DNA of 51,465 nt, the filler included, from Torpedo marmorata (Eukaryota), in assembly GCA_977017645.1 (NCBI GenBank). It is 4 parts of 4 records of this genome, joined end to end, with 100 filler letters (N's around TTAATTAATTAA, not from the genome) between each part and the next. Parts side by side here need not be neighbours in the genome. Positions count along the whole stretch, not along the records: positions 33,119 to 51,465 come from OZ360239.1; 3 more parts are not named here. One strand, given 5' to 3'. Made by a program: the position numbers and the translations under genes. The notes below the pieces were generated by a model, which worked only from the letters and a program-made list of their open reading frames with translations, ran no database searches and was not told where the DNA came from. This document shows positions 33,119-46,005 of this stretch, piece after piece (the stretch's first letter is position 1; the number at the start of each line of letters is the position of its first letter).

Positions 33119-36100
33119 CTCTCTCTCTGGCTCTCTGGCTCTCTCTCTGGCNNNNNNNNNNNNNNNNNNNNNNNNNNNNNNNNNNNNNNNNNNNNNNNNN
33201 NNNNNNNNNNNNNNNNNNNNNNNNNNNNNNNNNNNNNNNNNNNNNNNNNNNNNNNNNNNNNNNNNNNNNNNNNNNNNNNNNNNNNNNNNNNNNNNNNNNN
33301 NNNNNNNNNNNNNNNNNNNNNNNNNNNNNNNNNNNNNNNNNNNNNNNNNNNNNNNNNNNNNNNNNNNNNNNNNNNNNNNNNNNNNNNNNNNNNNNNNNNN
33401 NNNNNNNNNNCTCTCTATCTCTCTGGCTCTTTCTCTGGCTCTGGCTCTCTCTCTCTCTCTGGCTCTGGCTCTCTCTCTCTCTCTGTCTCTCTCTCTCTCT
33501 CTCTCTGGCTCTCTCTCTCTCTCTGGCTCTCTCTCTCTCTCTCTCTCTCTGGCTCTCTGGCTCTCTGGCTCTCTCTCTGGCTCTCTGGCTCTCTCTCTGG
33601 CTCTCTGGCTCTCTCTCTGGCTCTCTGGCTCTCTCTCTGGCTCTCTCTCTGGCTCTCTCTCTGGCTCTCTCTCTGGCTCTCTCTCTGGCTCTCTCTCTGG
33701 CTCTCTCTCTGGCTCTCTCTCTGGCTCTCTCTCTGGCTCTCTCTCTGGCTCTCTCTCTGGCTCTCTCTGGCTCTCTCTCTGGCTCTCTCTCTCGCTCTCT
33801 CTCTCGCTCTCTCTCTGGCTCTCTCGCTCTCTCTCTGGCTCTCTCGCTCTCTCTCTGGCTCTCCTCGCTCTCTGGCTCTCTCGCTCTCTCTCTGGCTCTC
33901 CTCGCTCTCTCTCTCTGGCTCTCTCGCTCTCTCTCTGGCTCTCTCGCTCTCTCTCTGGCTCTCTCGCTCTCTCTCTGGCTCTCTCGCTCTCTTCTCTGGC
34001 TCTCTCGCTCTCTCTCTGGCTCTCTCGCTCTCTCTCTGGCTCTCTCGCTCTCTCTCTGGCTCTCTCGCTCTCTCTCTGGCTCTCTCGCTCTCTCTCTGGC
34101 TCTCTCGCTCTCTCTCTGGCTCTCTCTCTCTCTCTCTGGCTCTCTCGCTCTCTCTCTGGCTCTCTGGCTCTCTCGCTCTCTCTCTGGCTCTCTCGCTCTC
34201 TCTCTGGCTCTCTCGCTCTCTCTCTGGCTCTCTCGCTNNNNNNNNNNNNNNNNNNNNNNNNNNNNNNNNNNNNNNNNNNNNNNNNNNNNNNNNNNNNNNN
34301 NNNNNNNNNNNNNNNNNNNNNNNNNNNNNNNNNNNNNNNNNNNNNNNNNNNNNNNNNNNNNNNNNNNNNNNNNNNNNNNNNNNNNNNNNNNNNNNNNNNN
34401 NNNNNNNNNNNNNNNNNNNNNNNNNNNNNNNNNNNNNNNNNNNNNNNNNNNNNNNNNNNNNNNNNNNNNNNNNNNNNNNNNNNNNNNNNNNNNNNNNNNN
34501 NNNNNNNNNNNNNNNNNNNNNNNNNNNNNNNNNNNNNNNNNNNNNNNNNNNNNNNNNNNNNNNNNNNNNNNNNNNNNNNNNNNNNNNNNNNNNNNNNNNN
34601 NNNNNNNNNNNNNNNNNNNNNNNNNNNNNNNNNNNNNNNNNNNNNNNNNNNNNNNNNNNNNNNNNNNNNNNNNNNNNNNNNNNNNNNNNNNNNNNNNNNN
34701 NNNNNNNNNNNNNNNNNNNNNNNNNNNNNNNNNNNNNNNNNNNNNNNNNNNNNNNNNNNNNNNNNNNNNNNNNNNNNNNNNNNNNNNNNNNNNNNNNNNN
34801 NNNNNNNNNNNNNNNNNNNNNNNNNNNNNNNNNNNNNNNNNNNNNNNNNNNNNNNNNNNNNNNNNNNNNNNNNNNNNNNNNNNNNNNNNNNNNNNNNNNN
34901 NNNNNNNNNNNNNNNNNNNNNNNNNNNNNNNNNNNNNNNNNNNNNNNNNNNNNNNNNNNNNNNNNNNNNNNNNNNNNNNNNNNNNNNNNNNNNNNNNCTC
35001 TGGCTCCCTCTCTCTCTGGCNNNNNNNNNNNNNNNNNNNNNNNNNNNNNNNNNNNNNNNNNNNNNNNNNNNNNNNNNNNNNNNNNNNNNNNNNNNNNNNN
35101 NNNNNNNNNNNNNNNNNNNNNNNNNNNNNNNNNNNNNNNNNNNNNNNNNNNNNNNNNNNNNNNNNNNNNNNNNNNNNNNNNNNNNNNNNNNNNNNNNNNN
35201 NNNNNNNNNNNNNNNNNNNNNNNNNNNNNNNNNNNNNNNNNNNNNNCTCGCTCTCTCTGCTCGCTCTCTCTCTGGCTCGCTCTCTCTCTGGCTCGCTCTC
35301 TCTCTGGCTCGCTCTCTCTCTGGCTCGCTCTCTCTCTGGCTCGCTCTCTCTCTGGCTCGCTCTCTCTCTGGCTCGCTCTCTCTCTGGCTCGCTCTCTCTC
35401 TGGCTCGCTCTCTCTCTGGCTCGCTCTCTCTCTGGCTCGCTCTCTCTCCTCTGCTCGCTCTCTCNNNNNNNNNNNNNNNNNNNNNNNNNNNNNNNNNNNN
35501 NNNNNNNNNNNNNNNNNNNNNNNNNNNNNNNNNNNNNNNNNNNNNNNNNNNNNNNNNNNNNNNNNNNNNNNNNNNNNNNNNNNNNNNNNNNNNNNNNNNN
35601 NNNNNNNNNNNNNNNNNNNNNNNNNNNNNNNNNNNNNNNNNNNNNNNNNNNNNNNNNNNNNNNNNNNCTCTGGCTCGCTCTCTCTCTCTGGCTCGCTCTC
35701 TCTCTCTCTCTGGCTTGCTCTCTCTCTGGCTCTCTGGCTCTCTGGCTCGCTCTCTGGCTCGCTCTCTCGCTCGCGCACTCTCTCTCTCTGGCTCGCTCTC
35801 TCTCTGGCTCGCTCGCTCTCTCTCTCTGGCTCGCTCGCTCTCTCTCTCTGGCTCGCTCGCTCTCTCTCTGGCTCGCTCGCTCTCTCTCTGGCTCGCTCTC
35901 TCTTCCTGGCTCGCGCTCTCTCTCTCTTGCTCGCGCACTCTCTCTCTCTCTTGCTCGTTCTCTCTCTCTCTCTCTCTCTGGCTCGCTCTCTCTCTCTGGC
36001 TCGTGCTCTCTCTCTCTCTCTGGCTCGCTCTCTCTCTCTGGCTCGCGCTGTCTCTCTCTGTGGCTCGCGCTGTCTCTCTCTCTCTCTGTGGCTCGCGCTG

Positions 36101-36531
36101 TCTCTCTGGCTAGCGCTCTCTCTCTCTCTCTCTCTCTGCTCGCGCTCTCTCTCTCTGGCTCACGCTCTCTCTCTCTCTCTCTGGCTCACGCTCTCTCTCT
36201 CTCTCTGGCTCGNNNNNNNNNNNNNNNNNNNNNNNNNNNNNNNNNNNNNNNNNNNNNNNNNNNNNNNNNNNNNNNNNNNNNNNNNNNNNNNNNNNNNNNN
36301 NNNNNNNNNNNNNNNNNNNNNNNNNNNNNNNNNNNNNNNNNNNNNNNNNNNNNNNNNNNNNNNNNNNNNNNNNNNNNNNNNNNNNNNNNNNNNNNNNNNN
36401 NNNNNNNNNNNNNNNNNNNNNNNNNNNNNNNNNNNNNNNNNNNNNNNNNNNNNNNNNNNNNNNNNNNNNNNNNNNNNNNNNNTCTCTTGCTCTCTATCTC
36501 TCCGGCTCTCGCTCTCTCGCTCTCACTCTGG

Positions 36532-36565
<34 letters not shown>

Positions 36566-39500
36566 GGCTCTCTCTCTCTCTCTCTGCTTGCTCTATCTCT
36601 CTCTCTCTCTCTGGCTCGCTCTATCTCTCTCTGNNNNNNNNNNNNNNNNNNNNNNNNNNNNNNNNNNNNNNNNNNNNNNNNNNNNNNNNNNNNNNNNNNN
36701 NNNNNNNNNNNNNNNNNNNNNNNNNNNNNNNNNNNNNNNNNNNNNNNNNNNNNNNNNNNNNNNNNNNNNNNNNNNNNNNNNNNNNNNNNNNNNNNNNNNN
36801 NNNNNNNNNNNNNNNNNNNNNNNNNNNTCTGTCTCTCTTGCTCGCTCTCTCTCTCGCTCGCTCTCTCTCTCTGGCTCACTCTCTCTCTCTCTCTGGCTCG
36901 CTCTCTCTCTCTCTGGCTTGCTCTCTCTCTCTCTCTGGTTCGCTCTCTCTCTCTCTGGCTCGCTCTCTCTCTCTCTCTCTCGCTCTCTCTCTCTCTGGCT
37001 CGCTCTCTCTCGCTCTCTCTCTCTCTGGCTCTCTGGCTCTCGCTCTCTCTCTCTCTCTGGCTCGCTCTCTCACTCTCTCTGGCTTGCTCTATCTCTCTCT
37101 CTGGCTCGCTCTCTCTCTCTCTGGCTCGCTCTCTCTCTCTCTGGCTCACTCGCTCTCTCTCTCTCTCTCTGGCTCGCTCGCTCTGGCTCGCTCTCTCTCT
37201 CTGGCTCGCTCGCTCTCGGGCTCGCTCTCTCTCTGGCTCGCTCGCTCTGGCTCGCTCTCTCTCTCTGGCTCGCTCTCTCTCTCTCTCTGGCTCTCTCTCT
37301 CTCTCTGGCTCGCGCTCTCTCTCTCTCTCTGGCTCGCGCTCTCTCTCTCTCTGTGGCTCGCGCTCTCTCTCTCTCTCTGGCTCGCGCTCTCTCTCTCTGG
37401 CTCGCGCTCTCTCTCTCTCTCTGGCTCGCGCTCTCTCTCTCTCTCTGGCTCGCGCGCTCTCTCTCTCTCTGGCTCGCGCGCTCTCTCTCTGGCTCGCGCG
37501 CTCTCTCTCCCTGGCTCGCGCGCTCTCTCTCCCTGGCTCGCGCGCTCTCTCTGGCTCGCGCGCTCTCTCTCTCTCTGGCTCGCGCGCTCTCTCTCTCTCT
37601 GGCTCGCGCGCTCTCTCTCTCTCTGGCTCGCGCGCTCTCTCTCTGTGGCTCGCGCGCTCTCTCTCTCTCTGGCTCGCGCGCTCTCTCTCTCTCTGGCTCG
37701 CGCGCTCTCTCTCTCTCGGCTCGCGCGCTCTCTCTCTCTCTGGCTCGCGCGCTCTCTCTCTCTCTGGCTCGCGCGCTCTCTCTCTGGCTCGCGCTCTGGC
37801 TCTCTCTCTCTCTCTGGCTCTCTCTCTCTCTCTGGGCTCGCTCTCTCTCTCTGGCTCGCTCTCTCTCTCTGGCTCGCTCTCTCTCTCTGGCTCGCTCTCT
37901 CTCGCTCTCTCTTTCTGGCTCGCTCTCTCTCTCTGGCTCGCTCTCTCTCTCTGGCTCGCTCTCTCTCTCTGGCTCGCTCTCTCTGTGGCTCGCTCTCTCT
38001 CGCTCTCTCTGGCTCTTGCTNNNNNNNNNNNNNNNNNNNNNNNNNNNNNNNNNNNNNNNNNNNNNNNNNNNNNNNNNNNNNNNNNNNNNNNNNNNNNNNN
38101 NNNNNNNNNNNNNNNNNNNNNNNNNNNNNNNNNNNNNNNNNNNNNNNNNNNNNNNNNNNNNNNNNNNNNNNNNNNNNNNNTCTCTCTCTCTGGCTCGCTC
38201 TCTCTGGCTCGCTCTCTCTCTTCTCTCTGGCTCGCTCTCTCTCTCTCTCTGCTCGCTCTCTCTCTCTGGCTCGCTCTCTCTCTGGCTCACTCTCTCTCTC
38301 TCTCTCTGGCTCGCTCTCTCACTCTGGCTCACTCTGGCTCGCTCTCTCTCTCTCTGGCTCGCTCTCTCTGGCTCGCTCTCTTTCTCTCTCTGGCTCGCTC
38401 TCTCGCTCTCTCTGGCTCGCTCTCTCTCTGGCTCGCTCTCTCTCTGGCTCGCTCTCTCTCTGGCTCGCTCTCTCTCTGGCTCGCTCTCTCGCTCTCTCTC
38501 TGGCTCGCTCTCTCGCTCTCTCTCTGGCTCGCTCTCTCGCTCTCTCTCTGGCTCGCTCTCTCGCTCTCTCTCTGGCTCGCTCTCTCGCTCTCTCTCTGGC
38601 TCGCTCTCTCTCTCTCTGGCTCGCTCTCTCTCTCTCTGGCTCGCTCTCTCTCGCTCTCTGGCTCGCTCTCTCTCGCTCTCTGGCTCGCTCTCTCTCGCTC
38701 TCTGGCTCGCTCTCTCTCGCTCTCCTGGCTCCTCTCCTCGCTCTCTGCTCGCTCTCTCTCGCTCTCTGGCTCGCTCNNNNNNNNNNNNNNNNNNNNNNNN
38801 NNNNNNNNNNNNNNNNNNNNNNNNNNNNNNNNNNNNNNNNNNNNNNNNNNNNNNNNNNNNNNNNNNNNNNNNNNNNNNNNNNNNNNNNNNNNNNNNNNNN
38901 NNNNNNNNNNNNNNNNNNNNNNNNNNNNNNNNNNNNNNNNNNNNNNNNNNNNNNNNNNNNNNNNNNNNNNNNNNNNNNNNNNNNNNNNNNNNNNNNNNNN
39001 NNNNNNNNNNNNNNNNNNNNNNNNNNNNNNNNNNNNNNNNNNNNNNNNNNNNNNNNNNNNCTCTGGCTCGCTCTCTCTCTGGCTCGCTCTCTCTCTCTCT
39101 GGCTCGCTCTCTCTCTCTCTCTCTCTCTGGCTCGCTCTCTCTCTCTCTCTGGCTCGCTCTCTCTGGCTCGCTCTCTCTCGCTCTCTCTCTCTGGCTCTCT
39201 CTCTCTCTGGCTCTCTCTCTCTCTGGCTCTCTCTCTCTCTGGCTCGCGCTCTCTCTGGCTCGCTCTCTCTCGCTCTCTCTCTCTCTGGCTCTCTCTCTCT
39301 CTCTCTCTCTCTGGCTCTCCTCTCTCTCTCTGGCTCTCGCTCTCTGGCGCGCTCTCTCTCTCTCTGGCTCGCTCGCTCTGGCTCGCTCTCTCTCTCTGGC
39401 TCGCTCGCTCTCGGGCTCGCTCTCTCTCTCTGGCTCACTCGCTCTCTCTCTCTCTCTCTGCTCGCTCGCTCTCTCTCTCTCTCTGGCNNNNNNNNNNNNN

Positions 39501-41833
39501 NNNNNNNNNNNNNNNNNNNNNNNNNNNNNNNNNNNNNNNNNNNNNNNNNNNNNNNNNNNNNNNNNNNNNNNNNNNNNNNNNNNNNNNNNNNNNNNNNNNN
39601 NNNNNNNNNNNNNNNNNNNNNNNNNNNNNNNNNNNNNNNNNCCTCTCTCTCTCTGGCTCACGCGCTCTCTCTCTCGGCTCGCGCGCTCTCTCTCTCTCTG
39701 GCTCGCGCTCTCTCTCTCTCTGGCTCGCGCGCTCTCTCTCTCTGGCTCGTGGGCTCTCTCTCTCTCTGGCTCGCGCGCTCTCTCTCTCTCTGGCTCGCGC
39801 GCTCTCTCTCTCTCTCTCTTGGCTCGCGCGCTCTCTCTCTCTCTGGCTCGCGCGCTCTCTCTCTCTCTGGCTCGCGCGCTCTCTCTCTCTCTGGCTCGCG
39901 CGCTCTCTCTCTCTCTGGCTCGCGCGCTCTCTCTCTCTGGCTCGCGCGCNNNNNNNNNNNNNNNNNNNNNNNNNNNNNNNNNNNNNNNNNNNNNNNNNNN
40001 NNNNNNNNNNNNNNNNNNNNNNNNNNNNNNNNNNNNNNNNNNNNNNNNNNNNNNNNNNNNNNNNNNNNNNNNNNNNNTCTCGCGCCCTGGCTCGCTCTCT
40101 CTCTCTGGCTCGCTCTCTCTCTCTCTCGGTTCGCTCTCTCTCGCTCTCTCTCTCTCTCTCTCTGGCTCGCTCTCTCTCGCTCTCTCTCTCTGGCTCGCTC
40201 TCTCTCTCTGGCTCGCTCTCTCTCTGGCTCGCTCTCTCTCTCTGGCTCGCTCTCTCTCTCTGGCTCGCTCTCTCTCGCGCTCTCTCTCTCTCTGGCTCTC
40301 GCTCTCTCTCTCTCTCTGGTCTTGCTCTCTCTCTCTCTCTGGTCTCGCTCTCTCTCTCTCTGGCTCTCGCTCTCTCTCTGGCTCTCTCTCTCTGGCTCGC
40401 TCTCTCTCTCTGGCTCGCTCTCTCTGGCTCGCTCTCTCTCTCTCTCTGGCTCGCTCTCTCTCTCTGGCTCGCTCTCTCTCTCTCTCTCTGGCTCTCTCTC
40501 TCTCTGGCTCTCTCGCTCTCTCTCTGGCTCGCTCTCTCTCTCACTCTGGCTCACTCTGGCTCGCTCTCTCTCTCTCTCTGGCTCGCTCTCTCTGGCTCGC
40601 TCTCTTTCTCTCTCTGGCTCGCTCTCTCGCTCTCTCTCTGGCTCACTCTCTCTCTGGCTCTGGCTCGCTCTCTCTCTGGCTCGCTCTCTCTCTGGCTCGC
40701 TCTCTCTCTGGCTCGCTCTCTCTCTGGCTCGCTCTCTCTCTGGCTCGCTCTCTCTCTGGCTCGCTCTCTCTCTGGCTCGCTCTCTCTCTGGCTCGCTCTC
40801 TCTCTGGCTCGCTCTCTCTCTGCTCTCTCTCTCTCTGGCTCGCTCTCTCTCTGGCTCGCTCTCTCTCTGGCTCGCTCTCTCTCTGGCTCGCTCTCTCTCT
40901 GGCTCGCTCTCTCTCTGGCTCGCTCTCTCTCTGGCTCGCTCTCTCTCTGGCTCGCTCTCTCTCTGGCTCGCTCTCTCTCTGGCTCGCTCTCTCTCTGGCT
41001 CGCTCTCTCTCTGGCTCGCTCTCTCTCTGGCTCGCTCTCTCGCTCGCTCTCTCGCTCGCTCTCTCGCTCGCTCTCTCGCTCTCTCTCTGGCTCGCTCTTT
41101 CGCTCGCTCGCTCTCTCGCTCGCTCTCTCGCTCGCTCTGGCTCGCTCTCTCGCTCTCTCTCTCTGGCTCGCTCTCTCTCTGGCTCTGGGCTCTCTCTCTC
41201 TCTGGCTCGCTCTCTCTCTGGCTCGCTCTCTCTCTCTCTCTCTGGCTCGCTCTCTCTCTCTCTCTGGCTCGCTCTCTCTCTGGCTCTCGCTCTCTCTCTC
41301 TCTCTGGCTCTCTCTCTCTCTGGCTCGCTCTCGCTNNNNNNNNNNNNNNNNNNNNNNNNNNNNNNNNNNNNNNNNNNNNNNNNNNNNNNNNNNNNNNNNN
41401 NNNNNNNNNNNNNNNNNNNNNNNNNNNNNNNNNNNNNNNNNNNNNNNNNNNNNNNNNNNNNNNNNNNNNNNNNNNNNNNNNNNNNNNNNNNNNNNNNNNN
41501 NNNNNNNNNNNNNNNNNNNNNNNNNNNNNNNNNNNNNNNNNNNNTCTCCCGTTCTCTGTCTCTCTCTCCCGTTCTCTGTCTCTCTCTCCCGTTCTCTGTC
41601 TCTCTCTCCCGTTCTCTGTCTCTCTCTCCCGTTCTCTGTCTCTCTCTCCCGTTCTCTGTCTCTCTCTCCTGTTCTCTGTCTCTCTCTCCCGTTTTCTGTC
41701 TCTCTCTCCCGTTCTCTTGCTCTCTCTCCCGTTCTCTGGCTCTCTCTCTGTCTCTGGCTCTCTCTCCGTCTCTGGCTCTCTCTCCGTCTCTGGCTCTCTC
41801 TCCGTCTCTGGCTCTCTCTCCGTCTCTGGCTCT
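33119..41833. repeat. Compound CT-rich micro/minisatellite array (~8.7 kb including many N gaps); resumes at 44598-44628
   Basis: Blocks of (CT)nGG, GGCTCG(CT)n, GGCTCTCTCG(CT)n, GGCTCGCGCG(CT)n, the 22-mer CCCGTTCTCTGTCTCTCTCT and the 18-mer CCGTCTCTGGCTCTCTCT; A is almost absent from the + strand. Confidence 0.97.
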
Positions 41834-42111
41834 NNNNNNNNNNNNNNNNNNNNNNNNNNNNNNNNNNNNNNNNNNNNNNNNNNNNNNNNNNNNNNNNNNN
41901 NNNNNNNNNNNNNNNNNNNNNNNNNNNNNNNNNNNNNNNNNNNNNNNNNNNNNNNNNNNNNNNNNNNNNNNNNNNNNNNNNNNNNNNNNNNNNNNNNNNN
42001 NNNNNNNNNNNNNNNNNNNNNNNNNNNNNNNNNNNNNNNNNNNNNNNNNNNNNNNNNNNNNNNNNNNNNNNNNNNNNNNNNNNNNNNNNNNNNNNNNNNN
42101 NNNNNNNNNNN

Positions 42112-44597
42112 AAATCTGTATACACCGTGGTTGAAGTAAAAAACACAAATGCTGGAGAAACTCAGCAGGTCAAACAGTGTATTTTATGTAGCAAGGTAGA
42201 AATACATAACCGACGTTTCGGGCTTGAGCCCTTCATCAAAGTATGAGAAAATGCCGGTAGGCGACCGAACAATTGAGTGAGGGGGGAAGGGGGGTGGCAA
42301 AGGCAGGAGATGATAGGTGGAGAAAGGAGGGAGGGGACAGCAGCAAAGAGGGGGAGGATGGATGGCTGGGTGGGTGGAGAAAAGCAGGAAGGACAGGTGA
42401 GGGGGGAGGGGAAGGGAATGACAAGCAGGTTTAGTGGAAAGCAGAAAAGTCAATGTTAATGCCATCTGGCTGGAGAGTGCCGAGACGGAAAATGAGATGT
42501 TGTTCCTCCAATTTGCGGGTAGTCTGGGTGGGATAATACATAAGGCCATGGACAGACATGTGAGTGTGGGAGTATGACCCGGAATTGAAATGGTTGGCTA
42601 CTGGGAGGTCGCTGTTGTTGCGGACGGAGAAGAGTTGCTCAGCAAAGCAATCTCCCAATCTACGACCGGTCTCTCCGATGTAGAGAAAGCCACAAAGGGA
42701 GCACCGTATGCAGTAAATAAGTTCTCTGGATGTACAAGTGAAGTGTAGTTTCACTTGGAAGGCCTGTTTGGGGCCCCGGGACCGTGGTGAGGGCGCAGGT
42801 GTTGCACCTCCTGCGGGCACAGGGGAAGGTGCCGGGGGTGCGATGGGTGGGGAGGGATGAGTGCACGAGTGAATCGCGGAGGGAGCGGTCCCTACGGAAG
42901 GCCGAGAGAGGAGGAGAGGAAAAATGTGTCTGGTGGTGGTATCCTGTAGTAAGTGCCGGAAATTCCGGCGGATAATGTGTAGGATGCGGAGGCTGGTGGG
43001 GTGGTAGGTGAGGATGAGGGGGATTCTATGTTTGTTGCGTCTGGGGCAGAGGGGGCCAGGGAAGATGAGCGGGAAATGGAGGAGATGCGGGTGAGGGCTG
43101 GGTTGATGGTGGTGGAGGGGAAGCCACGTTTGTGGAAAAATGCAGACATTTCAGAAGATTTGGACTGGAACACCTCATCTTGGGAACAGATGCGGCGGAG
43201 ACGGAGAAATTGCGAGAAGGGGATGGAATCCTTGCAGGGAACAGGGTGTGAGGAAGTGTAGTCCAGATAGTTGTGGGAGTTGGAGGGTTTGTAGTAAATG
43301 TCGGTGAAAAGCTTGTCTCCTGAGATGGAGACAGAGAGATCCAGCAAGGGGAGAGTGTTATCGGAGATGGACCAGGTGAGTTTGAGATCGTGGTGGAAGT
43401 TGGATGCGAAGTGGATGAAGTTGACAAGCTCATCGCGGGTGCATGAGGCAGCCCCAATGTAGTCGTCGATATAACGGAGGAAGAGATGAGGGGTCTTGCC
43501 TGTGTCGGCTTGCAGCATGGATTGCTTCACAAGCCCACAAACAGGCAGGCGCAACTGGGACCCATGCGGGTACCCATGGCTACTCCTTTGATTTGGAGGA
43601 AGTGGGATGAGTTGAAGGAGAAGTTATTGAGAGTGAGGACAAGTTCTGCCAGGCGGAGGAGGGTGGTGGTAGAGGGTGACTGGTCGGGTCTTTGGTCCAG
43701 GAAGAAGCGAAGTGCTTTCAGACCTTCTGTGTGAGACATCCATGGTGAAGATGATGCGGTCCGGTTCGGGGAATCTGAAGTCATTGAGGAGATGGAGGGC
43801 ATGTGAGGTGTCGCGGATGTAGGTGGGGAGGGATTGGTCTAGGGGAGAAAAGATGGAGTCAAGGTAAGGTGAAACTAGTTCGGTGGGGCAGGAGCAGGCA
43901 GAAACAATGGGTCTGCCTGGATGGTTGGGTTTGTGTATCTTGGGTGGAAGGTAGAAACGGGCAGTGCGTGGGTGGGGGAGAATGAGGTTGGTGGCCGTGG
44001 AGGGGAGGTGACCGTAGGTGATGAGGTCGGAGATGGTGTTGGAGACAGCGGTTTGATGTGCAGTGGTGGGTCCTGTGGGAGGGGTCGGTAGGAGGAGGTG
44101 TTTGAGAGCTGTCGACTGGCCTCGGCAAGGTAGAGGTCAGTGCGCCAGACCACAACCGCACCGCCCTTGTCTGCTGGTTGATGGTGAGGTTGGGATTGTT
44201 GCGGAGAGAGTGGAGTGCAGAGCGTTCTGAGGAGGTGAGGTTGGAATACGAGAGGGGGGTGGTGAAGTTGAGACGGTTGATGTCTCGGCGGCAGTTGGAA
44301 ATAAAAAGGTCCAGAGCGGGCAGCTGGCCAGGGCGAGGTGTCCAGGAAGAGGAAGAAGGCTTGAAGCGGGGAAAGGGTCTTGGGTGGGGGGTGGAGAGTC
44401 ACGGCCATGGAAGTGAGCCCGGAGGCGGAGGCGACGGAAGAAGAGTTCAGCATCGCGGCGTGCGCGGAACTCGTTGAGGTGTTGGCGGAGTGGGCAAAGG
44501 TGAGGCCTCTACTGAGGACCGAGCGCTCCGTCTCAGAGAGGAAGGTCGGAGGGGATAGTAAAAACCAAGCAGGGGTTAGAGTGGGGATCGGTCTGGC
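42112..44597 (-). mobile_element. Penelope-like element family B, 5'-truncated (RT + GIY-YIG + pLTR), embedded in the CT satellite
   Basis: VFTIPSDLPL, PADKGGAVVVW, GVAMGTRMGPS, FLRYIDDYIG and LIYCIRCSLCGFLYIGET, with several frameshifts; CT-satellite sequence on both sides. Confidence 0.93.
42205..42245 (-). ncRNA. Minimal hammerhead-ribozyme-like motif in pLTR (U3 variant), best-preserved copy
   Basis: Minus strand: cauacu UUGAUGA A GGGC-UCAA-GCCC GAAAC GUC gguuaug; stem I cau-acu/ggu-u-aug. Confidence 0.72.
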
Positions 44598-44819
44598 TTG
44601 CTCTCTCTCTCTCTCTGTGTCTGGCTCTNNNNNNNNNNNNNNNNNNNNNNNNNNNNNNNNNNNNNNNNNNNNNNNNNNNNNNNNNNNNNNNNNNNNNNNN
44701 NNNNNNNNNNNNNNNNNNNNNNNNNNNNNNNNNNNNNNNNNNNNNNNNNNNNNNNNNNNNNNNNNNNNNNNNNNNNNNNNNNNNNNNNNNNNNNNNNNNN
44801 NNNNNNNNNNNNNNNNNNN

Positions 44820-45041
44820 TCAATTCTCAGCTTTCCTCTTATATCCAATTAACTACCTTTGTTTGTTCGTCTGGACACCTCCCCTTCCCATTCTTTCCCT
44901 TTTCTCTCATTCTTTATTGAGACGCCTGCCTGCTTTTTGCTTATACCTTGAAGAAGGGCTCAGGCCCTAAACATTGCAAATATATCTTCGTATGGACGCT
45001 GCGAGACCAGCTGAGTTCCTCCAGCATTTACTGTGTGTTTT
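44820..45041 (+). mobile_element. Penelope pLTR (family A-like), plus orientation
   Basis: CCTTGAAGAAGGGCTCAGGCCCTAAAC...GAGTTCCTCCAGCATT resembles the reverse complement of 13375-13580. Confidence 0.8.
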
Positions 45042-45729
45042 TAATTTACATTAGGTAAACCCAACACTCAGTATATCCAAAAGTGTGTATCTCACTTTTA
45101 GTTATAATTGGTAAGGAACAAAAGGCTATTCTGCTCCTTGAACCTTGTAGGGACATGCAGTCACTCCCATTCTTTTACTTTTATTAATAACTCAACAGGT
45201 AACATTAACCTCTCTCGTGCATATCTAATTCTGTACTGAAACCCCTGTGCTTTCAACATACTTACTAGCAAATCATCTGTCTGCATAAAATGTTTTCCCA
45301 AGATCCTCCCTATACCTTTTTAAATCTGCACCCATTGGTCTTTGAACCATCTGTTAAGGGGTGCAGGATCCCCGTCTTCATCTTTTATAAACCAATCATA
45401 AAATACGTATCTCTCAATCAAATCTCTGCCGAACTTTAGCTTGGGAACTCAGAAGCAGAAATAGGTGTAGGATCCTCAGTTCAATATGGAACCTAGTTAC
45501 AAGCAGCTGTTAAGATGCCTAGAAAACAATGAATATCACGGACTTGAACAGCCATCTCGGGTAGATAAGCGTGTATTAGTAAAATGTTCATCATTTAATT
45601 CATTCAAATCCGTGTTGAATTTATGCAAGATGCCTCAAAGGTTGCATATCAGTTTTAGTTTGAAGGGGGAATATTTGTCACTCCCCTCGGATCATTTAAT
45701 GTGACCTGATCTTCAACATCCATCCACAG

Positions 45730-46005
45730 CAGCCATTCTCAACCTTTTTCTGTCTAGGACTAGGACTCTGCTCAAAGTTTATGGGCCCCCTTCTCTGTGA
45801 AGCAGTCAAGTTTTGGTTTCTTCCATACTTCTCTCCTACAGACTACATAACATAAATATTTAAAAAAAATTTTTAACGTTGTAACGGCACTGATTTAACA
45901 CAGCTTACAAACATTACAACGTGAGGTGAAAAGAAAACTAAAATTTTACTTAAGTGTGTTATGGCCTTGGGGTGGGGTGCGAAGGTCTCCCGTTGAGAAT
46001 GGCTG
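45730..46005. mobile_element. hAT (Charlie-like) MITE, 276 bp
   Basis: Perfect 14-bp TIRs CAGCCATTCTCAAC / GTTGAGAATGGCTG. 8-bp TSD ATCCACAG (45722-29) / ATCTACAG (46006-13). Confidence 0.88.

Noticed and set aside
33071-42246. Giant ORFs (up to 2070 aa) of RE/SQ or LS/LA repeats
   Set aside because: These are artefacts of an A-free CT satellite plus N runs; all frames are open, so there is no evidence of coding.
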